The position numbers were made by a program, and so were the translations under genes. Of a stretch of DNA of 32,000 nucleotides, positions 14,062 through 23,622 are shown piece after piece. The stretch spans positions 150,001 to 182,000 of the forward strand of contig NZ_LGHJ01000014.1 in the NCBI RefSeq assembly GCF_001306055.1. Direction: 5' to 3'. The notes under the pieces were generated by a model. That model was given only the letters and a program-made list of their open reading frames with translations, made no database searches and had not been told where the DNA came from. This stretch comes from Bellilinea caldifistulae. GTDB taxonomy: Bacteria > Chloroflexota > Anaerolineae > Anaerolineales > Anaerolineaceae. Positions within the stretch are counted from its first letter, which is position 1; every line of letters starts with the position of its first letter.

Positions 14062-15687
14062 ATGGCATTACCTCCTCCGGTCAGGATTGAAAATTTGTCT
14101 TTCCGCTATCGCAGCCGGACAGATTTTGCGATTCACAACATTAACCTGACGGTTGACGAACCGCAGATTGTACTGATTGCCGGTGCCAGTGGCTGCGGGA
14201 AGACGACGCTGGCGCGTTGCATTAATGGTTTGATCCCGCGTAGTTATAAAGGTGAACTGAGCGGCAAAATTTACCTGCAGGGGCAGGATATTGCAGGATT
14301 GCCGCTGGCGCGCATTTCTCAACTGGTGGGTACGGTGTTGCAGGATCCGGAACGACAAATCCTCGGTTCGATTGTGATGAACGAGGTCGCCTTTGGGTTG
14401 GAAAATCTCGGCTTGAGTCGAGATGAAATTCGCCGCCGTGTGGATGAGGCGCTGGAACGCTTGAAAATTGCTCACCTGCGCGACCGGCAAACGCATTATC
14501 TTTCCGGCGGGGAGAAACAAAAAGTAGCCCTGGCCGGGGTTTTAGCGATGAAACCCTCGATCCTCCTGCTGGATGAGCCGCTTGCCAGCCTTGATCCGGC
14601 CAGTGCCCAGGAAGCGTTGGAGGTCATCCGCGGGCTTGCCGACGAGGGTATGACCGTGCTGATGGTCGAACACCGCGTGGAAGATGTGCTGCGGGTTCGG
14701 CCCGAACGGGTTTTGTTCATGAAGGAAGGCGAAATTCAATATGATGGCGATCCCCAGCATCTGGTCGAACGGGTGGATTACCGCGAGGTGAAACTGCCCG
14801 CACCAATGATTATGGAACTGGCCATCAAAGACCCTCCCCCGCCGCCGCTGAATATCCTGCCGGGGGTCAACGGTGGCAGCGTCCCCCTGGTTGAATTCAA
14901 GGATGTGGTGTTTGGATACGAAAGCGGGCCGGAGGTACTGCATGGGATCAACCTGCAAATCCGGCGGGGGGATGTAATTGCTGTGCTGGGGCCAAACGGC
15001 GCCGGCAAGACAACCCTCGTCAAACATGCCATTGGTTTGCTCAAACCCAAACGCGGGCAAGTTTTGATCAATGGGCGGGATACCCACCAGTTGAGTGTGG
15101 CGGAAATCGCCTCAACGCTGGGTTATGTGTTCCAGAGTCCAAGCCACATGTTATTTGCACCAACCGTGTACGACGAACTGGCTTTTGGACCCACCAATCT
15201 GAAGCATCCTGAGGAGGAGATTAGAAAGGAGGTGAGTCAGGCAATCGAGATTGTCAACCTGCAGGGGTATGAAAAAACGCCTCCGCTTTCGATGTCGTTT
15301 GGGCAGCAGAAACGGGTGAGCATCGCCGCCATACTTGCAATGCGTTCTCGCATTCTGGTGATGGACGAGCCAACTGCCGGGCAAGATTATAAAAATTACA
15401 TGAACTTTATGAATTCAATTTTGGGAATGCCCGGTTTTGAGGCGATTTTGTTCATCACTCACGATCTCGATATGGCCGTGATTTACGCCAACCGCGTACT
15501 TTTGGTCAACGATGGTCAGGTGGTGGCGGATGGCAAGCCGGCTGAAGTGTTGAGTGACCTTGAACGGCTGCGGCAATGCCGCCTGCTGCCAACTTCCCTG
15601 CTGGAAACCAATCTCCAATACTATCCAAGAACCCAACAATTTTTCCGCGCCGAAGCCCTGACGCACGTTCTTGCATCGGGCAACTAA
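14062..15687 (+). CDS. Fused double-ABC ATPase of a dedicated ECF-type transporter (YkoD-like architecture)
   Basis: 541 aa. Walker A motifs GASGCGKTT and GPNGAGKTT. Signatures LSGGEKQK and a degenerate MSFGQQKR. Pro-rich interdomain linker KDPPPPPLNILPG. Confidence 0.9.
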   Translation: MALPPPVRIENLSFRYRSRTDFAIHNINLTVDEPQIVLIAGASGCGKTTLARCINGLIPRSYKGELSGKIYLQGQDIAGLPLARISQLVGTVLQDPERQILGSIVMNEVAFGLENLGLSRDEIRRRVDEALERLKIAHLRDRQTHYLSGGEKQKVALAGVLAMKPSILLLDEPLASLDPASAQEALEVIRGLADEGMTVLMVEHRVEDVLRVRPERVLFMKEGEIQYDGDPQHLVERVDYREVKLPAPMIMELAIKDPPPPPLNILPGVNGGSVPLVEFKDVVFGYESGPEVLHGINLQIRRGDVIAVLGPNGAGKTTLVKHAIGLLKPKRGQVLINGRDTHQLSVAEIASTLGYVFQSPSHMLFAPTVYDELAFGPTNLKHPEEEIRKEVSQAIEIVNLQGYEKTPPLSMSFGQQKRVSIAAILAMRSRILVMDEPTAGQDYKNYMNFMNSILGMPGFEAILFITHDLDMAVIYANRVLLVNDGQVVADGKPAEVLSDLERLRQCRLLPTSLLETNLQYYPRTQQFFRAEALTHVLASGN

Positions 15688-15721
15688 CCTCTCACTATCT
15701 TTCGCCTAAGGAGAGAATGAC

Positions 15722-16660
15722 ATGGACCGCAAATTAACTTCTGTCATCGTTTCGCTGGTGGCTGTGCTGGTTTTCTTCTTGCTGATTGTGTGGATCGGCG
15801 GGATGATCAACCCCGATTTGCAGCTGGATGAAACCGGTGTGCTTCGCTTTGCTTTTGTGGGAATTGGTCTGTTAATCGTTTTCATTGTTTATTTGTTGAC
15901 CCGCCAGAGCCAGATTTGGGAAGTAGGTACCCGTGAGGTGGTGTACATGGCGATTGGTGCGGCGCTGTATGCCGTGCTTTCCTTCCTCTTCAACGGTACC
16001 GTATTTGCCGTGCCGTCGGTCAGTCAGGTGGCGCTGCGTCCGGCGGTCGCCATCCCCATGTTCTTTGGCTTTGCTTTTGGGCCCTCGGTGGGCTTTTTCA
16101 CCGGTGCAGTGGGCAACATGTTCGGGGATGCCTTGACCGGCTTTGGGCTTTCGCCGCAGTGGTCGGTTGGCAACGGTTTGATCGGCATGGTGGCCGGTAT
16201 GGCGCTGTTGTTCAAGGATCGCCAGAAAGGTGTGAATACGGTTTTGGTGGTCAGTTTCATTCTGGCACTGCTGGCAACCCTGGTCTTCTTCCTCAACCGC
16301 AATGTTCCGAATATGATGTTCTTCGACCCTGAAGCCGGCATTTTTGGTGATGCGACCATCTCGTGGTTTGCCGGTCTTTCGGCAATTGTGGGCTTTTTGC
16401 TGGTTGTCGGCATTCGCTTTACCGCGGTGTTCAATAAAAACCCGGAGGTGACCGCGGCTGTGGCGTGGAGCCTGCTGGGTAACTTCATCGGGATTGGTTT
16501 TGCAGCCATTTCGGATATCTGGATCAATGGGTATCCCCCGGCGGTGGCCATCGTTGGCGAGTTCCTGCCGGCTGCCGGCCCGAATTCGATCTTCGCTGCC
16601 ATTCTGGTACCTTTGCTGGTGGCTGCTTATTCTTCTGTTCAGCGACAAACCGGAAGATAA
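15722..16660 (+). CDS. Long (about 9 TM) S-component-like membrane protein of the ECF-type transporter; substrate unknown
   Basis: 312 aa with RBS AAGGAGAG 6 nt upstream. The core from TREVVYMAIGAALYAVLSF through AIPMFFGFAFGPSVGFFTGAVGNMFGD looks like the ECF S-component fold. Two extra N-terminal TM helices precede it. The gene sits between the ATPase and T genes. Confidence 0.65.
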   Translation: MDRKLTSVIVSLVAVLVFFLLIVWIGGMINPDLQLDETGVLRFAFVGIGLLIVFIVYLLTRQSQIWEVGTREVVYMAIGAALYAVLSFLFNGTVFAVPSVSQVALRPAVAIPMFFGFAFGPSVGFFTGAVGNMFGDALTGFGLSPQWSVGNGLIGMVAGMALLFKDRQKGVNTVLVVSFILALLATLVFFLNRNVPNMMFFDPEAGIFGDATISWFAGLSAIVGFLLVVGIRFTAVFNKNPEVTAAVAWSLLGNFIGIGFAAISDIWINGYPPAVAIVGEFLPAAGPNSIFAAILVPLLVAAYSSVQRQTGR

Positions 16661-16689
16661 TCACTTGAAAGGAAAGGACATAGCCCTCA

Positions 16690-17565
16690 ATGCTGGTCAC
16701 CTGGCGTTATAAACCCCGCAAATCCCTGATTCAATCCTTCGATCCGCGCGCCTGGATCATCTTTTTTGCCTGCTACATTGCCTGTACGGTGTTGTTCTGG
16801 GATTTGCGCTACCTGCTGGTGCTGTTTGCCATGGCAATGGTGGTGGTGTTTACATCGGGGATCCGGTTTTCAGAAATGCGCCGGGCGTGGCTGTTCATTG
16901 GGGGCTTTGTGGTCTTTTTCTCCTTTCTGACCTTTTTAACCGGCCGGGGTGGGATTGAGCTGTACACTGAAGAACACCTGATCACCCGTTGGGAAGCCGG
17001 GTTTACACTGCTTGGCTGGCGACCAACCCTGACGGTAACGGCGGAAAAAACCATGTACGCCGTCTCCATGCTGGTGAGGGTGTTCAGTCTGGCCAGCATG
17101 ACCATTTTGATTCCGTATTCGCTCAACCCGGCCCATTATGGCATCATTTTCAAAGGGTTAGGACTGCCGGACAAGGTTGCCTACGGCATGGATCTGACCA
17201 TGCGCTTTATTCCATCTTTTGGACGGGATTTCATGCTCACCCGGGACGCACAGCGGGCGCGTGGCTACGAGCTGGAAAAGTTGAGCGGCGGACTGGTGGC
17301 ACAGGTGCGTAAACTGGCTCCATTGATTGTGCCGGTCACCATTCATGCCATTGTTTCCAGTGAAGACATCATTGATGCGATGGATTTGCGCGCCTTTGGT
17401 GTGGGGCCGCGCACCTGGCTGGAGGAATTGCATTACCGCACCCGTGACCGATTGTTAATCGGTTTTGGGGTGGTGATGTTGTTGACCAGCATTGCCCTTT
17501 CTCTCTTCGGTATGGGTAAGTTCTGGGTGCCGCAATTCTTGCTGCAACTGGCGGCCGCGGGTTGA
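16690..17565 (+). CDS. ECF/CbiQ-family transmembrane (T) component
   Basis: 291 aa. N-terminal KSLIQSFDPRAW, and the coupling motifs RDAQRARGYEL and AMDLRAFGV. Confidence 0.85.
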   Translation: MLVTWRYKPRKSLIQSFDPRAWIIFFACYIACTVLFWDLRYLLVLFAMAMVVVFTSGIRFSEMRRAWLFIGGFVVFFSFLTFLTGRGGIELYTEEHLITRWEAGFTLLGWRPTLTVTAEKTMYAVSMLVRVFSLASMTILIPYSLNPAHYGIIFKGLGLPDKVAYGMDLTMRFIPSFGRDFMLTRDAQRARGYELEKLSGGLVAQVRKLAPLIVPVTIHAIVSSEDIIDAMDLRAFGVGPRTWLEELHYRTRDRLLIGFGVVMLLTSIALSLFGMGKFWVPQFLLQLAAAG

Positions 17566-17589
17566 ATGGCGCATGGAGCGAAAAAAGCA

Positions 17590-17628
17590 AAAACTGCCGG
17601 TAAGTTCATTACCGGCAGTTTTTATTTT
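17590..17628. terminator. Bidirectional intrinsic terminator between convergent operons
   Basis: CTGCCGGTAA (17594-17603) pairs with TTACCGGCAG (17609-17618), loop GTTCA. An A-run lies upstream and TTTTTATTTT downstream, so a U-run follows the hairpin on both strands. Confidence 0.85.
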
Positions 17629-17663
17629 AAAGTGAAAGGATAAACCGGCTGTGGAAAGTCGGC

Positions 17664-20570
17664 CTATAAAATTTTAACCATGGAAAATTGTCCGGCAAAA
17701 CGGCTGCTTTCAAATACGGGTGGGGCAGCCAGGGCTACCACAACCCCGTGCTGGCGCACACTTTCCAGCACTTCCCCGAATTGGCGAAAATCCGCCTGGG
17801 TGGTATTGAGGATCTCATCCCGGATGCGCTGACGCTCTTCATCGGTGATGCCCAACAGGTGGCGGATGAGGGCTGTATAGCCTTTGGCATCCGGCAACTG
17901 GTAGGCATCCACCTCGCCGATGGCACCGATGATGGCTTTGGTCAATTCGCTTTCGCTTAGCTCCAACCGGCGCAGATAATCGCTGGTTTGATCGAAGGCT
18001 TGCAGGGTCTGGTCCAGATTGGGGTCGCGGTACGAAAGGAAGTTGAAATTGCCAGACTGTTGGTCGAACACCGCAAACCCGCCGTAAGCGCCACCCTGTA
18101 CCCGCACTTTTTCCCACAGGTAACTGCCCCGTAAATAGGGGACGATCACAAGAGCCGATCCGTGAAAGGTGTAGCCGTGTTGGTACAAGTTTGCACCTTT
18201 CCCCACAAAGTTGACCTGCAACGGCATGGATAGACCTTCCACATCCGGCAGTTTGCCGGTTGACCATGAGTGACGTCTGGATTGGCCCTGCGGCAGGCTG
18301 TTGAGGAAGTCCTCCACCCGTGGACGAATCATTTGCCAGTTAGCCGAATCAAGAGTGATGTTGCAAACAGCGACGGCGCGTTGAAGGAGCGTGCTGCGGA
18401 TGGATTCAAAGGTCTGGTGGACACTTTCCCAATCCGTGTCGATTTTCGTGAGCAGATCGCGCAGAAAGAACAATTGACTGACGCCGCTGGTCTGCTCGGC
18501 AGCCCAATCGGCTTCATTGAAGCGTGCCTTCAAGCGGGTATTCACCACCCGATGCCCGGCGTGGACAATCCCCGATTCCATGCTGGCTTTGTTTTCCAGC
18601 ACCATCTGGCGGATGCGCTCCCGATCATGCAGGCGGGCGCTGGTCAACACATCCTTGAGGATGGCAAGTAAGTCAGCGGCCTGATCGGTCATGGCTTTAC
18701 CGCGCAGGAACAACCAGGCGGCGCTCTGGTGGGTGTGACGCGAGAGTGAAAAGAGGGTAGTGGGGTAAATGCCCCCGGTGCGCTGCCCAATCTGCTGAAG
18801 CAGCTGGACAAAGGTCAGGTCGCGCGTACCGGTTTCCAGCAGAGCACGGCTGAATATGGGCAAATAGGGCAGCCATTCCTGCGGCAGGGTGTGCAGGTCA
18901 AACCCCAAATCCAGATAAAGAATGCCGTTGGTGAACAGGTCGTGGTAGAGGATTTTGCTTTCGGCTAGCAGAATTTCCTCGCTGGGGATGGTCTTGATCT
19001 TGGGTTCAAGGTCTGCACGGGTGAGCATCGGAATGGTTGCGAGTGCTTCGGGACTGTCGGGGGTTTCTTGTCGGCGTTTGAGTTCGCGGGTGATCTGGAC
19101 GATTTCTTCGATTTGCTCGGCGGTCATCCCGGCGCGGGCCTGCTGCAAACGCTGTTGTTCCGCAGCGGCGCGCTGCTGCCCTAATTGCGGATCGGGGCGT
19201 AATACCAGACTGACGCGGTGTGGATTTTCCAAAAAGTGCCGGCGGATCAGGTTTTCAAAGAAGCGTTCACCAGCCTGAAAGCGTTGCTTGATGGCATTCA
19301 GGGGGGCTTCAAATGCCAGGGCGTCAATGGGATTATGACCGTACACCCAGTTTTCCACTGCGTTGAGCATCATCACCAAACCGCGTGGATAAGACCCGGT
19401 ATTGTTTTCCCTCAGGCTGAATTCCACCGTGTTAAGCGAAGCGCGCAGCGTTTCAGGATCAAATCCCTTCTCGGCAATCTCGCTCAGTGTGTCCAAAATC
19501 AATTGCTCGACCTGATCGGTATCCGGCTCGGCTACGCCTTTTAACCCAACCGAGTACATGGTCTGGCGGTAGCCGGTTTGAAAACCGCCGCCGGTTAAAT
19601 CCTCACCCAATCCCGAATCGATCAGGGCCTTCCGCAGCGGTGAGGCGGATGTGCCAATCAAAGCATGATCCAGAATGTGAAGCGCCAGAATCTCTTCCAG
19701 GTTTCCGCTCTCCACCAGTAGCCAGTTGAGGGTGATCTGAGCTTTGGCATTGGGGTCGTCCCCACTGTCAAAAGTAACCTCTTTTTTCTGCGGGGCGCTG
19801 AAGCGCGGCTGCAGGGGAATTTCGACGGGAATCTCGCGGCGGGTGTACGCTTTGAGCGCTTCGGCCATGTATTTCAAACGCTGTTCGGGATCATCATCGC
19901 CGTAAAAGTAGATCAATGCGTTACTGGGATGGTAATAGGTTTCATAAAAAGTGCGGAATTTTTCATACGTTAGCGAGAGGATTGACTCTGGCTCCCCGCC
20001 GCTATCGTAGCGATAGATGGTATCTGGAAATACGGCGTGCTGGGCTTCTTCCGCCATTACCGAATCGGGCGAGGAATATGCCCCCTTCATTTCATTGAAG
20101 ACAACTCCTTTGAAAGTCATCTCTCCCTGCGGTTCTTCCAGCTCGTAGTGCCAGCCTTCCTGATAGAGGGTGTAGGGGGAAATCAACGGATGAAACACAG
20201 CGTCCAGATAGACATCTATTAAGTTGTAAAAATCCTTGAGGTTGGTGCTGGCGACCGGATAGATGGTTTTATCCGGGTAGGTCATCGCATTCAAAAAGGT
20301 ATTGAGTGAGCCTTTCATCAATTCCACAAACGGCTCTTTGACCGGGTATTTCTGGGAACCGCACAGCACCGAATGTTCCAGGATGTGAGGCACGCCGGAG
20401 GAATCCGGTGGAGGCGTGCGGAAGGCGATACCGAAGACTTTGTTCTCATCGTCGTTTTCGAGGGAAAGCAGTTGCGCTCCGCTTTGGCGGTGTTCCCATA
20501 GGCGGGCGCGGGTATTATATTCGCGGATAAAGCGGTCTTCCAGCAATACAAAACCGTGTAATTCTGTCAT
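17664..20570 (-). CDS. M16C-family zinc metalloprotease (PreP/insulinase-like, four-domain clamshell)
   Basis: 968 aa. The inverted zinc motif HILEH is encoded at 20373-20387. The N-terminal region (FGIAFRTPPPDSSGVPHILEHSVLCGSQKYPVKEPFVELMKGSLNTFLNAMTYPDKTIYP) closely matches presequence-protease-type M16C enzymes. Confidence 0.9.
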   Translation of the reverse strand: MTELHGFVLLEDRFIREYNTRARLWEHRQSGAQLLSLENDDENKVFGIAFRTPPPDSSGVPHILEHSVLCGSQKYPVKEPFVELMKGSLNTFLNAMTYPDKTIYPVASTNLKDFYNLIDVYLDAVFHPLISPYTLYQEGWHYELEEPQGEMTFKGVVFNEMKGAYSSPDSVMAEEAQHAVFPDTIYRYDSGGEPESILSLTYEKFRTFYETYYHPSNALIYFYGDDDPEQRLKYMAEALKAYTRREIPVEIPLQPRFSAPQKKEVTFDSGDDPNAKAQITLNWLLVESGNLEEILALHILDHALIGTSASPLRKALIDSGLGEDLTGGGFQTGYRQTMYSVGLKGVAEPDTDQVEQLILDTLSEIAEKGFDPETLRASLNTVEFSLRENNTGSYPRGLVMMLNAVENWVYGHNPIDALAFEAPLNAIKQRFQAGERFFENLIRRHFLENPHRVSLVLRPDPQLGQQRAAAEQQRLQQARAGMTAEQIEEIVQITRELKRRQETPDSPEALATIPMLTRADLEPKIKTIPSEEILLAESKILYHDLFTNGILYLDLGFDLHTLPQEWLPYLPIFSRALLETGTRDLTFVQLLQQIGQRTGGIYPTTLFSLSRHTHQSAAWLFLRGKAMTDQAADLLAILKDVLTSARLHDRERIRQMVLENKASMESGIVHAGHRVVNTRLKARFNEADWAAEQTSGVSQLFFLRDLLTKIDTDWESVHQTFESIRSTLLQRAVAVCNITLDSANWQMIRPRVEDFLNSLPQGQSRRHSWSTGKLPDVEGLSMPLQVNFVGKGANLYQHGYTFHGSALVIVPYLRGSYLWEKVRVQGGAYGGFAVFDQQSGNFNFLSYRDPNLDQTLQAFDQTSDYLRRLELSESELTKAIIGAIGEVDAYQLPDAKGYTALIRHLLGITDEERQRIRDEILNTTQADFRQFGEVLESVRQHGVVVALAAPPVFESSRFAGQFSMVKIL

Positions 20571-20582
20571 ATTTACCTCTTG

Positions 20583-21800
20583 TCATGATTTTAAAGTTTT
20601 CTGGCTGGCGGGCAGGCGGAACAGAAACGGCAGACCGGCCAACACAAGCACCCCGCTCAGCCAGTAAGCCGTGCGCAGGCTGAACATATCCCCGATTGCA
20701 CCGACGGTCAGGGTCGCAAAGGAACTACTTACGAACGAGACAGCCATGTAAATGCCATTGGCGAGGGCGCGGTTTTCCGGGAAGCTTTCCTGCACAATTG
20801 CCATTACTACCGGGGTCATGGAGAGCAGGCCAAACCCCAGCCCCAGCAAGGCGGGAAATTGCAGCCAGCCATGCAGGTTGAGCAGTAAAAAGATGAATAA
20901 CGAGGTGCTGACGAGGGAGAAGATCATCACCGGCCTTCTGCCAATCCGGTCAGAAAGCGAGCCGGAAAGGAGGGCGCCAATCACCCCGGCTGCCTCCAGC
21001 ACCGAAAGCGATGCCCCAGCCAGCATCAGATTGGCACCTTCTTCGGTGAGGAAGGTGGGTAAATAGGTGGACACACTGACAAACGCCAGGGCGCGGGTAA
21101 TGAGAATGATCGAGAGCGGTATCAAAACCGGTCGCATGGTGATGAGAGCTTTTTTCCACGGTAGGGCGTTGTGGCTCTCCGGGTGACGGGCAGGCAGTTG
21201 GCGCAATTGAACCGCCATCCACAACGAGACCAGAACCCCGCCAACAGCCAGCCATGGCGTACGCTGCATGCCCAGCGTGGAAACTGCCGAAACGATGATG
21301 ATTGGGCCGAGGGTGCGCCCCAGTTCACCGCCGACCATCCAGAAACTCATTCCCATTCCCAGCCGGTTGGCCGAAAGCCGCCCGGCCAGTACCGGACCGG
21401 TGGCATGCAGACTGGCGGAACTCAGCCCGGCGATGATCAACAGCATGGCTGCCAGCCAGTAATATGGTGCAATTCCCAGCAGGCTCATCGCCAGCGCGGT
21501 GATGGTGGGGGTGAGGATGACGAAAATGCGCAGTGAACGCCGGTCAGCCAGATAGCCGATGAAGGGTTGCAGCAAGGAGGGAGCGGTCATGAACACCGAG
21601 AGCAGGCCGGCTTCGGTCTTGATGAGGGAGAATTTTTCGATCAGCAAAGGCAGAAGTGGCGGCAGAAAAGCCTGATAGGTATCGTGGACCCCGTGGGCCG
21701 TGGCTACGGCGCTGACCTTGCCGGTACGAAAAGTCGCTTCTTCAATGGTGGCAGCCCCGGGCGCTGCGGTACTGAGTTCGGTTGGAGATGTCGGGTTCAA
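20583..21800 (-). CDS. MFS transporter (12 TM)
   Basis: 405 aa with a TTG start preceded by GAGG. Typical MFS loop motif (GYLADRRSLRIF; SDRIGRRPVMI). Its stop lies 12 nt upstream of the M16C start, so co-transcription is likely. Confidence 0.8.
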   Translation of the reverse strand: MNPTSPTELSTAAPGAATIEEATFRTGKVSAVATAHGVHDTYQAFLPPLLPLLIEKFSLIKTEAGLLSVFMTAPSLLQPFIGYLADRRSLRIFVILTPTITALAMSLLGIAPYYWLAAMLLIIAGLSSASLHATGPVLAGRLSANRLGMGMSFWMVGGELGRTLGPIIIVSAVSTLGMQRTPWLAVGGVLVSLWMAVQLRQLPARHPESHNALPWKKALITMRPVLIPLSIILITRALAFVSVSTYLPTFLTEEGANLMLAGASLSVLEAAGVIGALLSGSLSDRIGRRPVMIFSLVSTSLFIFLLLNLHGWLQFPALLGLGFGLLSMTPVVMAIVQESFPENRALANGIYMAVSFVSSSFATLTVGAIGDMFSLRTAYWLSGVLVLAGLPFLFRLPASQKTLKS

Positions 21801-21823
21801 AGGCAGCCTCGATGCAATTCGCG

Positions 21824-22036
21824 TCAGGATTGACGGCGGATCTCGCCTTCAACTTCAAAAGAAAGCGGCCGAGCAGGCGGGTGATCTCCGTAATCGGTCA
21901 GGTCTTCGATTTTGATCCGTAATTTCAAGGCGGGAGCATGGGGGTTTTCGATCAGGTGACGCAAGATCTTTTCGTCAGCCTGAACGCCAAACACTTTCAG
22001 CAAACGGCGGATGTCATTGCGGCTGGTATCTTCCAT
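21824..22036 (-). CDS. Small soluble hypothetical protein (70 aa from the ATG at 22036)
   Basis: The ORF track begins at TTG 22057. The in-frame ATG at 22036 has a perfect AAAGGAGG 7 nt upstream, and the TTG-start extension would be made of that RBS. Sequence MEDTSRNDIRRLLKVFGVQADEKILRHLIENPHAPALKLRIKIEDLTDYGDHPPARPLSFEVEGEIRRQS. I could not assign a family confidently. Confidence 0.6.
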   Translation of the reverse strand: MEDTSRNDIRRLLKVFGVQADEKILRHLIENPHAPALKLRIKIEDLTDYGDHPPARPLSFEVEGEIRRQS

Positions 22037-22099
22037 CTTTTTGACCTCCTTTGGCAAAGCAGGATTCGGGACAGGTCAATCTTAATCGCAAAGGGATTT

Positions 22100-23572
22100 T
22101 CAATCAAGCCGCGCCAGCGGTTTGGTTAAGGTGTGAAGTTTTTTCCGGCGCTGGTCAACCCAAATGGCCAGCACAGCGATCAATGTGGAAGCTAAAATAA
22201 ATGCAGCAGCAATATGATAGGTGCGCTGCAAGCCCCCAACCAGCGCCTCCGCGCCGGCTGTGGTGATGTCCGTGCCGGAGGGTAAACCTCCCGCTGCCAG
22301 CACACTGGCCGAAAACAGGGTGCCCATTAACGGCAGACCGGTAGTCTGCCCCAGCGTGCGGGAAAGCACCAGCAGGCCGGAACCAATTCCCAGCCTGTCC
22401 GGCGGAACGGTGCTCATCACGGCGCTGTTGTTGGGGGCCTGAAAAAGCCCCATCCCAATCCCGAATAACAACGTGCGTGGGAGGAATTGCAGCGGGGTCA
22501 TTCCTTCCTTCACGGTGGAAAGTGCAAGGCAGCCAGCCGCGATGGAAATCAAACCGATCAGGCTGATGACCCGTGAGCCGAAACGGTCGGAAAGGTAACC
22601 AGCCAGCGGCGCAACGACGCCCATTCCAATCGGGTGAACCATCATCAGCAAGCCGATCATGCTGGATGAGAGGTTCAAAACCAGTTGCAGGTAAAACGGC
22701 AGAATGAACATACCCGCCATGACAATGAAAACCAGAAAAGCCATCAACAAGTTCATGCTGAATAACAGGTTGCCAAAGAGATGCAAGTCCACCATCGGCT
22801 GAGAGATGCGGGATTCGAGCCAGACGAAAGCCACTAAGCCCAACCCGGCTGCGCCGAGGCTGAAAGTAACCAGCGGCTGTCCAAACCCGGATTGCTGACC
22901 ACTGGTCATACCAAGGGCATACAATCCAAGGGTGAGGAAGAGCAGTAAACCGCCCCAGCGGTCAAACCGCTGGTCCGGCCGGGCAGGCGGCAGGTTGGGG
23001 ATGAAGCGGTAGACAATCAGCAGGGCTGCCATTCCAATCGGTACATTGACCAGAAAAATCCAGTGCCAGGAAGCAACGCTCAAGATCAAACCGCCCAGCG
23101 GCGGACCGATGGCAATCCCAATCGAAACGATGCTTCCCATGATTCCGAGTGCCCGGCCGCGCTGGCTGGCAGGAAAAATCTGGGTGATGATGGCAATCCC
23201 AAGCGCTTGCGTAAAGACAGCCCCCAAACCCTGAATGGCGCGGCAAACGATCAGCCAGTAGATCTGGTTGGAAAGCGCACAGAGAACCGATCCCACCGTG
23301 AAGAGTGCCAGGCCGGTCAGGTAGAGATATTTTTTGTTGAGCATGTCCCCCAGGCGAGCAGCCCCCATTAAGAGTGAGGTAATCACCAGAATGTAAGCCA
23401 GGATGACCCATTGAACGGTCGCAAAACTGGCTTCAAAAATCTCTACAAAGGCGGGTAGAGAAATGTTCACAATGCTCGAATCGAGGGTTGCCATCAGCAC
23501 GCCCATGCCAACCCCAGCCAATGCCAGCCAGCGGGCGGATGAATTTGTCGGTGAGGCGGGATTAATTTGCAT
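22100..23572 (-). CDS. MFS drug/H+ antiporter, DHA2 (EmrB/QacA-like, 14 TM)
   Basis: 490 aa. N-terminal LMATLDSSIVNISLP and LGDMLNKKYLYLTGLALFTVGSVLCALS are characteristic of DHA2 transporters. Confidence 0.85.
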   Translation of the reverse strand: MQINPASPTNSSARWLALAGVGMGVLMATLDSSIVNISLPAFVEIFEASFATVQWVILAYILVITSLLMGAARLGDMLNKKYLYLTGLALFTVGSVLCALSNQIYWLIVCRAIQGLGAVFTQALGIAIITQIFPASQRGRALGIMGSIVSIGIAIGPPLGGLILSVASWHWIFLVNVPIGMAALLIVYRFIPNLPPARPDQRFDRWGGLLLFLTLGLYALGMTSGQQSGFGQPLVTFSLGAAGLGLVAFVWLESRISQPMVDLHLFGNLLFSMNLLMAFLVFIVMAGMFILPFYLQLVLNLSSSMIGLLMMVHPIGMGVVAPLAGYLSDRFGSRVISLIGLISIAAGCLALSTVKEGMTPLQFLPRTLLFGIGMGLFQAPNNSAVMSTVPPDRLGIGSGLLVLSRTLGQTTGLPLMGTLFSASVLAAGGLPSGTDITTAGAEALVGGLQRTYHIAAAFILASTLIAVLAIWVDQRRKKLHTLTKPLARLD

Positions 23573-23622
23573 GATGATACCGATAATGCGATCAGTTGAA
23601 GGTTTTAAGAGGTGGTCTCAGA

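Noticed and set aside
15872-16648. 258-aa and 192-aa minus-strand ORFs inside the S-component-like gene
   Set aside because: The translations are highly charged and His/Arg/Gln-rich, and lie opposite a coherent 9-TM membrane protein with a strong RBS. They are shadow ORFs.
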